Assembly: GCA_963780855.1 (NCBI GenBank)
Contig: CAWADF010000002.1
Coordinates: forward strand, 319,761-383,760
Reading direction: 5' to 3'
Length of the DNA stretch: 64,000 bases
Source: an uncultured Acidobacteriota bacterium
Lineage (GTDB): Bacteria > Acidobacteriota > Vicinamibacteria > Vicinamibacterales > SCN-69-37
Positions 1-10,768 of the stretch are shown here, piece by piece. The position numbers were made by a program, and so were the translations under genes. The notes beneath the pieces are model-generated. The model saw only the letters and a list, made by a program, of their open reading frames with translations. It searched no databases and was not told the origin of the DNA. Positions within the stretch are counted from its first letter, which is position 1. Every line of letters begins with the position of its first letter.

Positions 1-1272
1 ATCAGCCCGGAGTACATCTGGCTGCCCTCGGCGGACGGGTCGCACCTGGCGATTCAGGCCGAGCGGGACGGCGACACGATCTCACCCGAGCGCGGCGTGT
101 ACCTGGTGGATCTGACCCGCCAGGTCGCACTCGCCGATCTGCGGGCGCGCGTCGATAGCCAGATGGCGGCCGAGGGCGTCCTCCGGTCGCGGATGACGCA
201 GGCGTTCCGTCCGCTGTCGGATCTGATTGCGCGAGTCGTGGGCAAGATCTCCACGACGCGCATCTACGAGTACGAGCGCGCGATGTTCGCGTTCGACTCG
301 AAGTACCTCGGGCGGCCGGGCAACACGAAGGCGATCGATTACCTGACGGCGACCTACACGTCGTTCGGCTACACGCCGGAGCAGCAGTGGTTCGAAGCGC
401 GAGGCGCACGCACCGCCAACGTCGTCGCGACGCTCAGGGGCACGGAGAATCCCGATCTCATCTACGTCGTCGGCAGCCACTTCGACTCGGTGACGGCCGG
501 TCCGGGCGCCGACGACGACACGTCGGGCACGAGCGTGCTGCTCGAGACCGCGCGGACGCTCAAGGACACGCCGCTGCCCGCCACCGTGGTTTTTGCGTCC
601 TTCACCGGTGAGGAAGCCGGCGATCTTGGCAGCGCCGAATTCGTGCGCCTGGCCGCGCAGGCCAAGTGGCACGTCGCCGGCGCGCTCAACAACGACATGA
701 TCGGCTGGGCGGGCGAAAGCGCGAGGATGGACAACACGATCCGGTACTCGAACGCCGGCATCCGCGATCTGCAGCACGGCGCCGCGTTCCTCTTCTCGAA
801 TCTGATCACATACGACGCGAAGTACTACAAGGGCACCGACGCCTCGGCGTTTTTCGACGGCTGGGGCGACATCGTCGGCGGCTTCGGCTCGTATCCCGTG
901 CTGGGGAATCCGAACTATCACCAGGCGACGGACACGATCGAAACCATCAATTTTCAGCAGGTCGCCGAAACCGCGAAGGCGACCACGGCGACGATTGTCT
1001 ACCTGGCGTCGAGCCCGTCGCGTCTGACCGACCTGCGAGCGGCCCGTGCCGCCAGCGGTGTGGACGTGACCTGGACGGCCAGTCCCGAACGGGGCGTCAC
1101 GCGTTACGTCGTGGCATACGGCCCTGCGGTGGAGCCCCTGCGCACGCGCGTCACCGTGGCGACAAACCGCGCGACCCTGCCGGCCCTGCCCGCCGGCACG
1201 ACGATTTCGGTGAAGGCGGTCAATGCCAAGGGCTTGGAAGGCTGGGATTGGGCCCAAGTCGTCGTACAGTAG
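1..1272 (+). CDS. M28-family aminopeptidase with N-terminal propeller-like region and C-terminal FN3-like domain (5' partial)
   Basis: Frame is open from base 1; motifs VGSHFDS, GADDDTSG, FTGEEAG, NNDMIG and NYHQATDT are the M28 zinc ligands; C-terminal WTASP...YVVAY...SVKAVN is FN3-like. Confidence 0.88.
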   Translation: MSPEYIWLPSADGSHLAIQAERDGDTISPERGVYLVDLTRQVALADLRARVDSQMAAEGVLRSRMTQAFRPLSDLIARVVGKISTTRIYEYERAMFAFDSKYLGRPGNTKAIDYLTATYTSFGYTPEQQWFEARGARTANVVATLRGTENPDLIYVVGSHFDSVTAGPGADDDTSGTSVLLETARTLKDTPLPATVVFASFTGEEAGDLGSAEFVRLAAQAKWHVAGALNNDMIGWAGESARMDNTIRYSNAGIRDLQHGAAFLFSNLITYDAKYYKGTDASAFFDGWGDIVGGFGSYPVLGNPNYHQATDTIETINFQQVAETAKATTATIVYLASSPSRLTDLRAARAASGVDVTWTASPERGVTRYVVAYGPAVEPLRTRVTVATNRATLPALPAGTTISVKAVNAKGLEGWDWAQVVVQ

Positions 1273-1294
1273 GAGATGATCCACAGGTAGACTC

Positions 1295-2128
1295 ATGGCC
1301 CTCGACGACCTCCCGCTCGAACACACGGATAGCCCGCCCCCGCCGGGCATGCCGCCTCGTCCGGCCTCCTCACCGGTGCGATGGGTCGTGCTGGGCGCGG
1401 CGGCGGTCGTCGTCGGCGCGGTGCTGGTGTTCTGGTGGCTGAATCGCGCTCAACCGGGCACGGTGACGCCCGCGGCCACGGCCGCGACGGACGTCGCGGT
1501 CACGTCGAATCGGCCCAAGCGTCAGAATCTCGACCTGCCGTCGCTCGAAGAGTCCGACAGCTTCCTGCGGCCGCTGGTGTCGGCACTCTCCAGACACCCG
1601 ATGCTGGCGAAGCTCGTCGCGACGCGCGATCTCATCCGCAACGCGACAGTCGCCACGGTGCAGATTGGCGACGGCAAGACGCCGTCCACCCCGTTGGTGG
1701 TGCTGCGGCCGGCCACGCATGCGGCCATCACCGGCAACGCGGCTACAGGGCATCTCGACCCGGCGACGTACGCGCGCTGGGACAGCCACACCACCGCGCT
1801 CGTGTCGGTTGACCCGAAAGAGCTGGCGCAGCTCTACGTCAACGTGAAGGTGCTGTTCGACCAGGCCTACGGCGAGCTGGGACACCCGAATGGGGATTTC
1901 GACGAGGCCATCGTCAAGGCCATCAGCACGCTGGCGGAGACGCCGCGGTTCGACACCGAGCCGACGCTGATCCGAAAGCAGCCGGGCTTCTACGAATACG
2001 AAGACCAGGCGATGCGGACGCTGCTGCCCGTGCAGAAGCAGTTCCTGCTGATGGGCCCGGACAATCGCCGGCGCGTGCTCGCATGGCTGCGGGAACTGGC
2101 CAACGATCTCGATCTGAAACTCGACTGA
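1295..2128 (+). CDS. DUF3014-like membrane-anchored protein
   Basis: Single N-terminal TM segment; LPSLEESD, YARWD, LFDQAYGELG and QKQFLLMGPDN resemble DUF3014. Confidence 0.75.
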   Translation: MALDDLPLEHTDSPPPPGMPPRPASSPVRWVVLGAAAVVVGAVLVFWWLNRAQPGTVTPAATAATDVAVTSNRPKRQNLDLPSLEESDSFLRPLVSALSRHPMLAKLVATRDLIRNATVATVQIGDGKTPSTPLVVLRPATHAAITGNAATGHLDPATYARWDSHTTALVSVDPKELAQLYVNVKVLFDQAYGELGHPNGDFDEAIVKAISTLAETPRFDTEPTLIRKQPGFYEYEDQAMRTLLPVQKQFLLMGPDNRRRVLAWLRELANDLDLKLD

Positions 2129-2196
2129 GGCCGCATCCCCATCGCTCGTGGCGCAAGGCCACGAAGGTCCCCGGATCCCGGCCGGGCAGCTGAAAA

Positions 2197-2205
2197 TGCT
2201 ATAAT
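2197..2205 (+). promoter_or_regulatory. Extended -10 promoter of the desaturase gene
   Basis: TGCTATAAT (TGn plus TATAAT) in an AT-rich patch about 65 bp upstream of the ATG at 2271. Confidence 0.55.
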
Positions 2206-2270
2206 ATTCGGGCCTTTTGCCGCGCGACCGCGGTCGTACGCGATCACTCGAACCGAACGCAGGACGATCG

Positions 2271-3077
2271 ATGACTGAAGTGGCCCTGAAGCAGAAACAC
2301 TACGACCCGACGACGATGTGGCCGTTCGTCGTGTTCCACGCGTCGGCGCTCCTGGTGCTGACGGTGCCGTTCGACCCGCGGTACCTGCTCTGGCTCGTGG
2401 GCTCCTACGGCCTCCGGATGTTCGCGGTCACCGCGGGGTACCACCGCTACTTCAGCCATCGCGCCTTCAAGCTCAACCGGTTCTGGCAGTTCGTGCTCGC
2501 GTTCCTCGCGCAGACCTCCGGACAGAAGGGCGTCCTCTGGTGGGCGTCCCATCACCGCGATCACCATCTCAACTCCGATCGTGAGGCCGACCTCCACTCG
2601 CCGGTGCACGAAGGCTTCTGGTGGTCGCACCTCGGCTGGATTCTGTCGGACGAGTACGACGGCTACGATCCGCGGCGGATCGCCGACTTCAGCAAGTTTC
2701 CCGAGCTGCGCTGGCTCGACAGGTACCACCTCGTGCCCACGGTGGCCTATGCCGTCGCCGTCTACCTGATCGGCGGCTGGGGCGCGTTCCTGTGGGGCTT
2801 CCTCGTCGCGACCGTGGTGCTCTACCACGGGACGTTCCTGATCAACTCGCTGGCACACATCTGGGGCACGCGCCGGTTCGCGACGCCGGACGAAAGCCGC
2901 AACAACTTCCTGCTCGCGCTCGTGACGTTCGGCGAGGGCTGGCACAACAACCACCACTACTTCATGTCGAGCGTGCGCCAGGGCGTCCGCTGGTGGGAGA
3001 TCGACATCACGTACTACGTCCTGCGCGCGCTGTCCTGGGTGGGCATCACGCGCGATCTGCGCGACTTCAGCGACTGA
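2271..3077 (+). CDS. Acyl-CoA/acyl-lipid delta-9 fatty acid desaturase
   Basis: Three His boxes (GYHRYFSH, HHRDHH, GEGWHNNHH); start taken at MTEVAL after AGGA. Confidence 0.92.
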   Translation: MTEVALKQKHYDPTTMWPFVVFHASALLVLTVPFDPRYLLWLVGSYGLRMFAVTAGYHRYFSHRAFKLNRFWQFVLAFLAQTSGQKGVLWWASHHRDHHLNSDREADLHSPVHEGFWWSHLGWILSDEYDGYDPRRIADFSKFPELRWLDRYHLVPTVAYAVAVYLIGGWGAFLWGFLVATVVLYHGTFLINSLAHIWGTRRFATPDESRNNFLLALVTFGEGWHNNHHYFMSSVRQGVRWWEIDITYYVLRALSWVGITRDLRDFSD

Positions 3078-3081
3078 CCAC

Positions 3082-4182
3082 CTACTTCGGGTGGTACGAG
3101 TACCGGCTCATCGCGTCGCGGAAGGGCGGCATCAGGATGAGCACGATCGCCCGGGCGTAGCTGTCCGTCCCGTCCGCGACGCGATTCGCTTTCAGGTACT
3201 GGTCGTAGACCCGGTTCGCGGCGAACTGCATCGACGGGCGCCGGCTCTTGAGGCGCTCCGCGATCGCGTCGAGGTCGGATCGAACGCCCGGATCGAGCTG
3301 GCTCGTGATGAACTGCGCGCGCTCGGGCGGCAGCGCGTTCCGCGCCTCCATGATCAGGAACAGGCTTGCGCTGTAGGCCAGCGGCGCCGGGCCGTGCATG
3401 CAGGCGTACCAGCCGACCGCGCTGGCCTCGGCCTCATCGGCTTCGCCCGACAGGTGCGCCCATTCGTGCGACAGCACGAACGGCCGCTCGAACGGCAGCA
3501 GGTCGGGCTGGACGATCGTCTCGAGCGCCAGCGGGTTGACCATGCCGTCCACGCCGGTCCAGGTGAAGAGCGGCGTCATGACCAGCGAGTACTTGGGCCG
3601 CGCGAACGCCCGCAGCGGCTCGCGGTTGAGCGCCTGGAGCGACTCGTTCATCGGGTCCTTCAGCTCGCGCACGACCTCGTCGAAGCTCAGCATGTCGCCC
3701 GAGCTGCCGAGGCGCAGGCGCGTGGCCAGGGCGCTCGCGTCGGCGATGCCGCTCTGCAGGAATTCGGCGGTGACCGGCACGTTGGCCGACGTCCGCATGT
3801 TGAACTCGATCGTCAGCCGCCGATAGTTCAGGCCCCAGAAGCACATGAAGAGGATCGTGACGACGGCGACCGCGCGCGCCAGGCGGCGGAGGCCTTCCCA
3901 CAGCGCGTCGATCACGCTGACGTGACGCGCGACGCTCAGCAGGCGCAGCGTCCGGCGCAGCGTGAGATAGGCCACGAACACGATCATCAGATCGAGCAGC
4001 GCGAACGGCACGAGGTTGCTGGCGAGCGTCATGAGCCGCTGCATCTGCACGTAGACGCCGCGGGAGTAGAACTGCTCGACGACCCAGCCGGGAATCGGCA
4101 GGACCACCAACAGCGCCGCGAAGAGCGGCGCCCCCAGCCAGAACGACACGGGCTCCGACCGGACTACGGTCTGCTGCGCCAT
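3082..4182 (-). CDS. DUF3810-like membrane zinc-metalloprotease-like protein
   Basis: VEQFYSRGVY, WGLNYRR, HEWAH and EAEA motifs; start at MAQQTV overlaps the end of the upstream gene. Confidence 0.75.
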   Translation of the reverse strand: MAQQTVVRSEPVSFWLGAPLFAALLVVLPIPGWVVEQFYSRGVYVQMQRLMTLASNLVPFALLDLMIVFVAYLTLRRTLRLLSVARHVSVIDALWEGLRRLARAVAVVTILFMCFWGLNYRRLTIEFNMRTSANVPVTAEFLQSGIADASALATRLRLGSSGDMLSFDEVVRELKDPMNESLQALNREPLRAFARPKYSLVMTPLFTWTGVDGMVNPLALETIVQPDLLPFERPFVLSHEWAHLSGEADEAEASAVGWYACMHGPAPLAYSASLFLIMEARNALPPERAQFITSQLDPGVRSDLDAIAERLKSRRPSMQFAANRVYDQYLKANRVADGTDSYARAIVLILMPPFRDAMSRYSYHPK

Positions 4183-5432
4183 GGGTCTTCTCCGGTGATG
4201 AGACGCACCGATCGCTGGTACGTCAGGTACGAAAACGCCCACTGCGTCATGACGGACAGCCGGTTGCGAAAGCCAATGAGGTTGAAGATGTGCACGAACA
4301 GCCAGAAGAGCCACGCCGGGTAGCCGGTGAGCTTGGCGTGCGGCAAATCGCTCACGGCGGCGTTGCGTCCAATCGTCGCGAGGTTGCCGAGATTGCGGTA
4401 GACGAACGGCTGCGGCGGCTCCCCTTTCACCGCGCGCTCGATGTTGCGCGCCGCATGGACGCCGCCCTGAATCGCGACCTGCGCCACGCCCGGCAGCGGC
4501 CGGCCGTGCGCGTCGGTCGACACGGCGAGATCGCCGATGACGGCGACCTCCGGATGGCCGGGGATCGTCAGATCGGGGTTGACGATCACCCGACCCGCCC
4601 GATCGGCGGCCACGCCGAGCGTGCGGCCGATGGACGACGCCGACACCCCGGCCGCCCAGAGGACCGTGCCCGTTTCAATCGTCTCCGCCCCCAGATGCAC
4701 GCGATCAGCCTCCACGTCCGTCACGACCTTGTTCGTCCACACCGTCACCCCCAGCCGCTCCAGCGCGCGCCGCGCGAAGGCGGACAGCCGCGGCGGATAC
4801 GACGCCAGCAGGTGCGGGCCCCCCTCGACGAGGAGGATGCGCGCCGATTCCGGGTGAATCGTCCGGAAGTCGTGCTTCAGCGCGTGCCGCGAGATCTCCG
4901 CCAGCGCGCCCGCCAGCTCGACGCCGGTCGGCCCGCCGCCCACCACCAGGAACGTCAGCAGGCGGCGCTGGCGCACCGGGTCCGTCTCGCGCTCCGCTGC
5001 TTCGAAAGCGAAGAGAACCCTACGTCGTATATCGAGCGCATCCTCCAACGTCTTCAGACCCGGGGCGTTCGGCTGCCACTCGTCATGGCCGAAGTAGGCA
5101 TGCGACGCGCCAGCCGCGACAATCAGATAGTCGTAAGTGATACGCCCGTCGCGCAGCACCACAGTTTTGTGATCCAGCTCGATGCCGGTGACCTCGGCCA
5201 GCCACACCTCGACGTTCGACTGGCGGCGGAGGATCCAGCGGATGGGCGACGCGATGTCGCCGGGCGACAAGCCGGCCGTGGCGACCTGGTACAGGAGGGG
5301 TTGAAAGACGTGGTGGTTGCGCCGATCGACCAGCAGCACGTCGACCGGCGCCCGATGCAGCGCTTTCGCGGCGTTCAGCCCGCCGAAGCCGCCGCCGATG
5401 ATGACGACGCGCGGGCGCGCGGGGGCATCCAC
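4164..5432 (-). CDS. ndh: Type II NADH dehydrogenase (NDH-2)
   Basis: GGGFGG, FQPLLYQVAT, GGGPTGVELAG, WAAGV, AQVAIQ and GNLATIGRNAAV motifs. Confidence 0.9.
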   Translation of the reverse strand: MDAPARPRVVIIGGGFGGLNAAKALHRAPVDVLLVDRRNHHVFQPLLYQVATAGLSPGDIASPIRWILRRQSNVEVWLAEVTGIELDHKTVVLRDGRITYDYLIVAAGASHAYFGHDEWQPNAPGLKTLEDALDIRRRVLFAFEAAERETDPVRQRRLLTFLVVGGGPTGVELAGALAEISRHALKHDFRTIHPESARILLVEGGPHLLASYPPRLSAFARRALERLGVTVWTNKVVTDVEADRVHLGAETIETGTVLWAAGVSASSIGRTLGVAADRAGRVIVNPDLTIPGHPEVAVIGDLAVSTDAHGRPLPGVAQVAIQGGVHAARNIERAVKGEPPQPFVYRNLGNLATIGRNAAVSDLPHAKLTGYPAWLFWLFVHIFNLIGFRNRLSVMTQWAFSYLTYQRSVRLITGEDPWRSRP

Positions 5433-5442
5433 TCCGTCTACG

Positions 5443-6009
5443 TTACATGAATCGGCTGCCGACGCCCGCGCCGGCCGCGGTGATGAAGCCCGCGATCAGC
5501 GTCACGCAGAACATGATCACCCACGCGATGACGACGACGATCACGGCCTTCATCGTGTCTTCGTAGTCGAGCGCCTGCTTCACGCCGATCACCATGGCGA
5601 TGATCTGCCACACGGCAATCGCGAGGAACAACAGGATGTTGAGGATGGGAATGATGCCCAGGATGCTGAACAGGCTCGGCGACATCGCGAAGCCGGTGAC
5701 GCGCAGCAGCTGTCCGAGATCCGCCTGGGTGTTCTTCCCGGGCATCATCTTGGTGCCCACCATCAACAGGACCCAGGATCCCACCGCCCAGCCGATGACG
5801 GCGAACACCACGCCGAGCACCAGCCCGACGATCCCGAAGCCCAGCCCGAGCATCGCCGTCGAGATGGCCGTGGCAATGCCGCGCAGCGCCGATCCGGCGA
5901 CGACAATCGTCGCGGCCTGCGACGTCGCGGACGCGTCGTTCTCGACCTCTTCGTACGTAGATGCTTGCAGCTTCAGCGCACCAAGTACACGTTCTTGGAA
6001 GCTCGCCAT
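5443..6009 (-). CDS. Yip1-family membrane protein
   Basis: About five hydrophobic segments; TYEEVEND, LLRVTGFA and VKQALDY; GGAGGA RBS before MASFQ. Confidence 0.75.
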   Translation of the reverse strand: MASFQERVLGALKLQASTYEEVENDASATSQAATIVVAGSALRGIATAISTAMLGLGFGIVGLVLGVVFAVIGWAVGSWVLLMVGTKMMPGKNTQADLGQLLRVTGFAMSPSLFSILGIIPILNILLFLAIAVWQIIAMVIGVKQALDYEDTMKAVIVVVIAWVIMFCVTLIAGFITAAGAGVGSRFM

Positions 6010-6115
6010 AAGTCCTCCGGGTTGGGAATGGGCCCGGCACATTCTACGTGTACCCGAGCCGCACAACATGAGGACTTTTCGACGGTCCCGCGGGACGCGG
6101 CTGCTAGACTGGGCC

Positions 6116-8151
6116 ATGGCCGAGCCCTCCGTCACGCCGCCCCGATCCTGGGGGCGGTCGACCGTCCAGACCGCGTGCCCCCTCGACTGCCCGGACTCCT
6201 GCAGCCTGGACGTCACGATCGAGCGCGGCCGGCTCGTCCGCATCGACGGCAACACCCGCGCGGCGTCCACCGACGGCTACATCTGCGGCAAGGTGCGCCG
6301 CTTCGACCGGCGCGTGTACCACGAGGATCGCCTGCTCTATCCGGCGGTTCGCCGGGCCCGAAAGGCCGCGCGTCGTTCGAGCGGGTGACGTGGGACGAGG
6401 CGCTCGACATGATTGCGGAGCGCATGCGTCACGCGCGGGACGCGTTCGGCGCCGAGTCGGTGTTGCCCTACCACTACGGCGGCTCCAACGGCGTGCTCAC
6501 CAACGAGCTGGAGGACGCGCGCCTGTTCCGGCGGTTTGGCGCCTCACGGCTTGCGCGCACGCTCTGCGCCGCCCCGACCGGCCTCGCGGCCACGGCCATG
6601 TACGGCAAGATGGCCGGCGTCGCGTATTCAGACTACGAAGCCGCACGGCTCATCGTCGTCTGGGGCTGTAACCCCGCAGCGACCGGCATCCACCTCGTCT
6701 CCCACATCAAGAAGGCACAGAAGCTGGGCGCGAAGCTGGTCGTGATCGACCCGCGCCGCACGCCGCTCGCCCGCCACGCCGACCTGTACCTGCCGGTCCG
6801 ACCGGGTACCGATCTGCCGGTCGCGCTGGCGGTGATCCGCGAGCTGTTCGCGACCGGGCGCGCGGACGAAGGCTTTCTGCAGGCGCACACGCATGGGACG
6901 GACGACCTGCGCCGGGCCGCCGAGCCGTGGACGATCGATCGGGCCGCGGCGGAAGCCGGCCTCGCGCCGGCGGATCTCCAAACGCTCGCCGACTGGTATG
7001 GGACGACGTCGCCCGCCGTGATCCGCTGCGGATGGGGCCAGGAACGCAACCGCAATGGCACGGCGTCGTCGCTGGCGATCCTGGCGCTGCCCGCGGTCGG
7101 CGGCAAATTCGGCGTTCGCGGGGGCGGCTACACGATGAGCAACTCGGGCGCCTGGGGCATCCGGCAGGAAGCGCTCGTCGGCGTGCCGCAGCCCCAGACG
7201 CGCGTCGTCAACATGAACGAGCTGGGCCGCGCGCTGAACGACCTGACGGACCCGCCCATCTCCGTGCTGTTCGTCTACAACTGCAATCCGGTCGCGACCG
7301 TGCCCGATCAGAATGCCGTGCGCCGCGGCCTGTCGCGCGACGATCTCTTCACCGTCGTTTTCGAGCAGGTGGCCACCGACACCGTGCCGTACGCCGACGT
7401 GGTGCTGCCGGCCACGACGTACTTCGAGCACTACGACCTCGCCAAGGGCTACGGCGCGTATCACCTTCACGTCGTGCAGCCGGTGATTGCCGCCGCCGGG
7501 GAAGCACGGCCGAATCACGAGGTGTTCCGCGAGCTCGGCGTTCGCCTGGGGCTGAGCGAGGCCGGCGACGGCATCGGCGAGACGGGCGCGCTGATCGAGG
7601 CCCTGCCGAAGCTGCCCGACGCGCTGTCGGCGGCGCTGGCCGAGGGACGCATGGCGCCCGCACCGGGTGACGGCCATCCGATTCAGTTCGTGGACGTGCA
7701 TCCCAACACGCCCGACGGGCGCGTGCACCTGCATCCGCGCATCGCCGCCTCACCGCGCGGGCCGTACGACTATCAGCCGGATCCCGCGACCGACCGGTAC
7801 CCGCTGGCGCTCATCTCGCCGGCAAGCGAGCACACGATCTCGTCGACCCTCGGCGAGCTGCGTCCGGGCGTGGCGCGCGTCAAGATTCACCCGGACGACT
7901 CTGGACCACGGGCGATCGCTGAGGGCGACACCGTGCGCATCTTCAACGCGCTTGGCGAAGTGCACTGCGAAGCGTCGGTCACGCCGGAGACACGGCCCGG
8001 AACCCTGTCGCTGCCGAAGGGACTGTGGGCGAAGAGCACGCTCAACGGCGCGACCAGCACCGCGCTGGTGCCTCAGACGATCGAACGGCTGTCGGGAGGC
8101 GCCTGCTTCAACGACGCCAGAGTCCAGGTGGAACTGCTCGCACGACACTAG
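6116..8151 (+). CDS. Molybdopterin-dependent oxidoreductase with N-terminal Fe-S motif (one frameshift near 6355)
   Basis: CPLDCPDSC...ICGK, WGCNP, DVVLPATT and a C-terminal molydop-binding domain (HPDD...EGDTVRIFN). Confidence 0.88.
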
Positions 8152-8160
8152 GTCCGGGTC

Positions 8161-8248
8161 GACGTTCCGACGTTCCGGGGTTCCGATGTTCCGACGTTCC
8201 GACGTTCCGGGGTTCCGATGTTCCGACGTTCCGACGTTCCGGGGTTCC
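8161..8248. repeat. Tandem array of 11 8-mers (GnnGTTCC) with a 32-bp higher-order period
   Basis: GACGTTCC GACGTTCC GGGGTTCC GATGTTCC repeated 2.75 times between convergent stop codons. Confidence 0.95.
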
Positions 8249-8258
8249 TGAGTGCTTG

Positions 8259-10704
8259 CTATTCGCGTAGCGTGACTGCGGGATCCACGCGGGCGGCGCG
8301 TCGGGACGGGTGCCACACCGCCGCGAGACAGGCGATCCCGACAGCGACGGTCGCGCCCAGATAGACCGCGGGATCGAACGGGCTCACGCCGACCAGCGAA
8401 TCTGTCAGCCAAAACCCGACGGCGCCGGCGAGCAGGAGGCCGGCTATCAGGCCCCAGCCGGCCACGGAGGCAGTCTGCCTCAGGACGTCGACGACGACAT
8501 CGCGCGGTTGGGCGCCGAGCGCCATGCGCACGCCAATCTCGCGCCGGCGGCGCGTCACCAGGAACGAAATCACCGCATACAACCCAATCAGGCTGAGCGC
8601 CAGCCCGGTCGCCCCGAGCGACATGACCGTGGTCGCCAGAATATGAGCCTGGTACATCGCGAAGCCCAGGTGCTCGTCCAAGGTCACCATGCTCTCGATC
8701 GGCATGCGCGGGTCGAGTCGGGCGAGCGCGGCCCGCACCGCCGGCGCGACGGCGGCGGGCTCCGGCGCGGCGACGACAAACGTCAATTCGCCCGACAGCA
8801 TCTGGTCGTTTTCGAAGAACATGTACGGATCCGGCGATTCCGTGACCGACAGGTATTTGCCCGTCTCGACGATGCCGACGATCTGGAAGCTACCGGCATC
8901 GGTGACGCGCAGTGTCTGGCCCAGCGCGTTGCCAGCGGGCCAGTACTTCTGCGCCATCGCCTCGTTGACCACGACCAGCTTGGGGTCCGACGGCCCGAGG
9001 CGAGCCGGGAATCCCGAGCCCTGCACGATTCGCGTGCCCATCACCTGAAAGTAGTTCGGCGCAACAGCGTTGAAATGAATCTGCGGCAGCCGCCCCTGGG
9101 CATCGCGGGCGGTCGGAATGTCCACTTCGCGCGCGGCGCCTCCGCCATTGGGCGAGAGTGGAATCCGCCGTGCGCTCGTCACGGCCCTCACGCCGGGAAT
9201 CGCGCGCAGCGCGTCGGCGAAATCATGGAAGAACCGCTGCGTGAGGTCCCCGCGATACGACGAGACGACCGACGGGGCGATGGTCACCAGCAGCGCGGGT
9301 GGCGGCGCGAAGCCGAGCGGGATCTTCTGCGTGTTCCAGAGATTTCGCAGCAGCAGGCCGCTGCTGATGACGAGCGCCATCGCGACCGCGACCTGGCCGG
9401 CCACGAGCACGCGCCGGAAGGTGAGTCGTCCGCCGCGCCAGCCGCTGATACGGTCGAGCTTCAGCGGATCCGTCAGGTTCAACCGCGTCGCGGACAGCGC
9501 GGGAAACACGCCGAACACGCCGACCGTGGCGAGTGCACAGAGCGCGGTCACACCGAGCACGCGCGCGTCGAAGCGAAACTCGAAGCCCAGCGGCACGCCG
9601 ATATTCGGCAGCAGCGCCGGCACCGCGCGAATGAGCCACCAGCCGGCGAACAAACCGAGGAGGCCGGCGCCGGCGGCGAGCACGAGGCTCTCGGCGAGAA
9701 GCTGCCCCACGAGTCTGGCGCGCGTCGCACCGAGCGCCGCGCGCATCGCCATCTCGCGGCGCCGCGTCTCCGCGCGGCCAAGCAGCAGCCCGGTGACGTT
9801 CGCGCAGCCGACGAGCACGACCAGTCCGATGAGCGCGACCGACCATGCCGGTCAGTGCGCGGGCCAGGCGCTGGCGGAAGTCGCGCTCGAGCACCACCTG
9901 CAGTCTCGCGTCATGCCGGATGTCCGGACGAGCCGCCGCCATCGCGGCTGCGGCGCTATCGAGTTGGGACCTCAGCATGTCGACGGTGGCACCCGGCCTC
10001 AGGCGGCCCATGATCGTGAACTGCCGATCGTTCGCGAGCGAGGCCGCCCACGTCTGTTCCGTCTGGCGCGTCAACTGCCGCCACGTGCCAAGCGGGACCC
10101 ACAGATCGGGCGCGACGAGCTGGTTCAGCCCGGTAAACGTGGCGGGCACGACACCGGCCACCTCGACCGGAAGGCCATCGAGATCGATCGAGCGGCCGAT
10201 GATGGTGGGATCGGCGGCGTAGCGCCGGCGCCAGAGCCGATCCGACAGCATCGCCACGGGTGCCGCGCCCGGCGTATCGTCGTAGTCCGCCAACACACGG
10301 CCCGCGGCGGCCGGCACGCCCATGACGGAAAAAAAGCTGCCGGAAACGACGTCGACGAGGGCGACGGTCGGCGGCCCCTCGGGTCCGCTCAAACCGGCGC
10401 CGCGCATGGCGTCTACGATGACGTCCGACAGAGCGGGCGCGTTGCGGCGGACATAGACGGCATCGCCGGCCGCGGCGCGATCGGAAACCTCGTTGCCGAC
10501 GCGCAGCGTGATCCGCACGAGCGTGTCTGGATCGCCCACGGCAAGGGGCCGCAGTCCCAGGGAATCGAGCAGGCTGACGCTGGCAGCCGCCGCGGCCAGT
10601 CCCACCGCCAGCGAGAGCATCGCGGTGAGCGCAAATCCTGGCGCGCTCACCAGCGAGCGAACACCAGATCTCAGGTCGTTCCGGGCTGATTCAAACCATC
10701 GCAT
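8259..10704 (-). CDS. ADOP/MacB-FtsX-type duplicated ABC permease (frameshift near 9840)
   Basis: DLRSGVRSL, CANVTGLLL..RRREMAMRAALGA, RRREIGVRMALGA and RAARVDPAVTLRE; no adjacent ATPase gene. Confidence 0.9.
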
Positions 10705-10768
10705 GACCGGTGCCTACACGCGCGACGGCGTCACGCTAACAGACAATACGGCGTTGCGGGTCACCGGT

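Noticed and set aside
5317-6115. Extended N-terminus of the 944-aa ORF at 5317-8151
   Set aside because: This is a frameshift artefact. The real oxidoreductase starts at 6116 in another frame, and the extension overlaps the Yip1 gene.
8161-8248. Possible CRISPR array
   Set aside because: The units are 8 bp with no unique spacers and there are no cas genes; the same applies to the arrays at 48043 and 53550.
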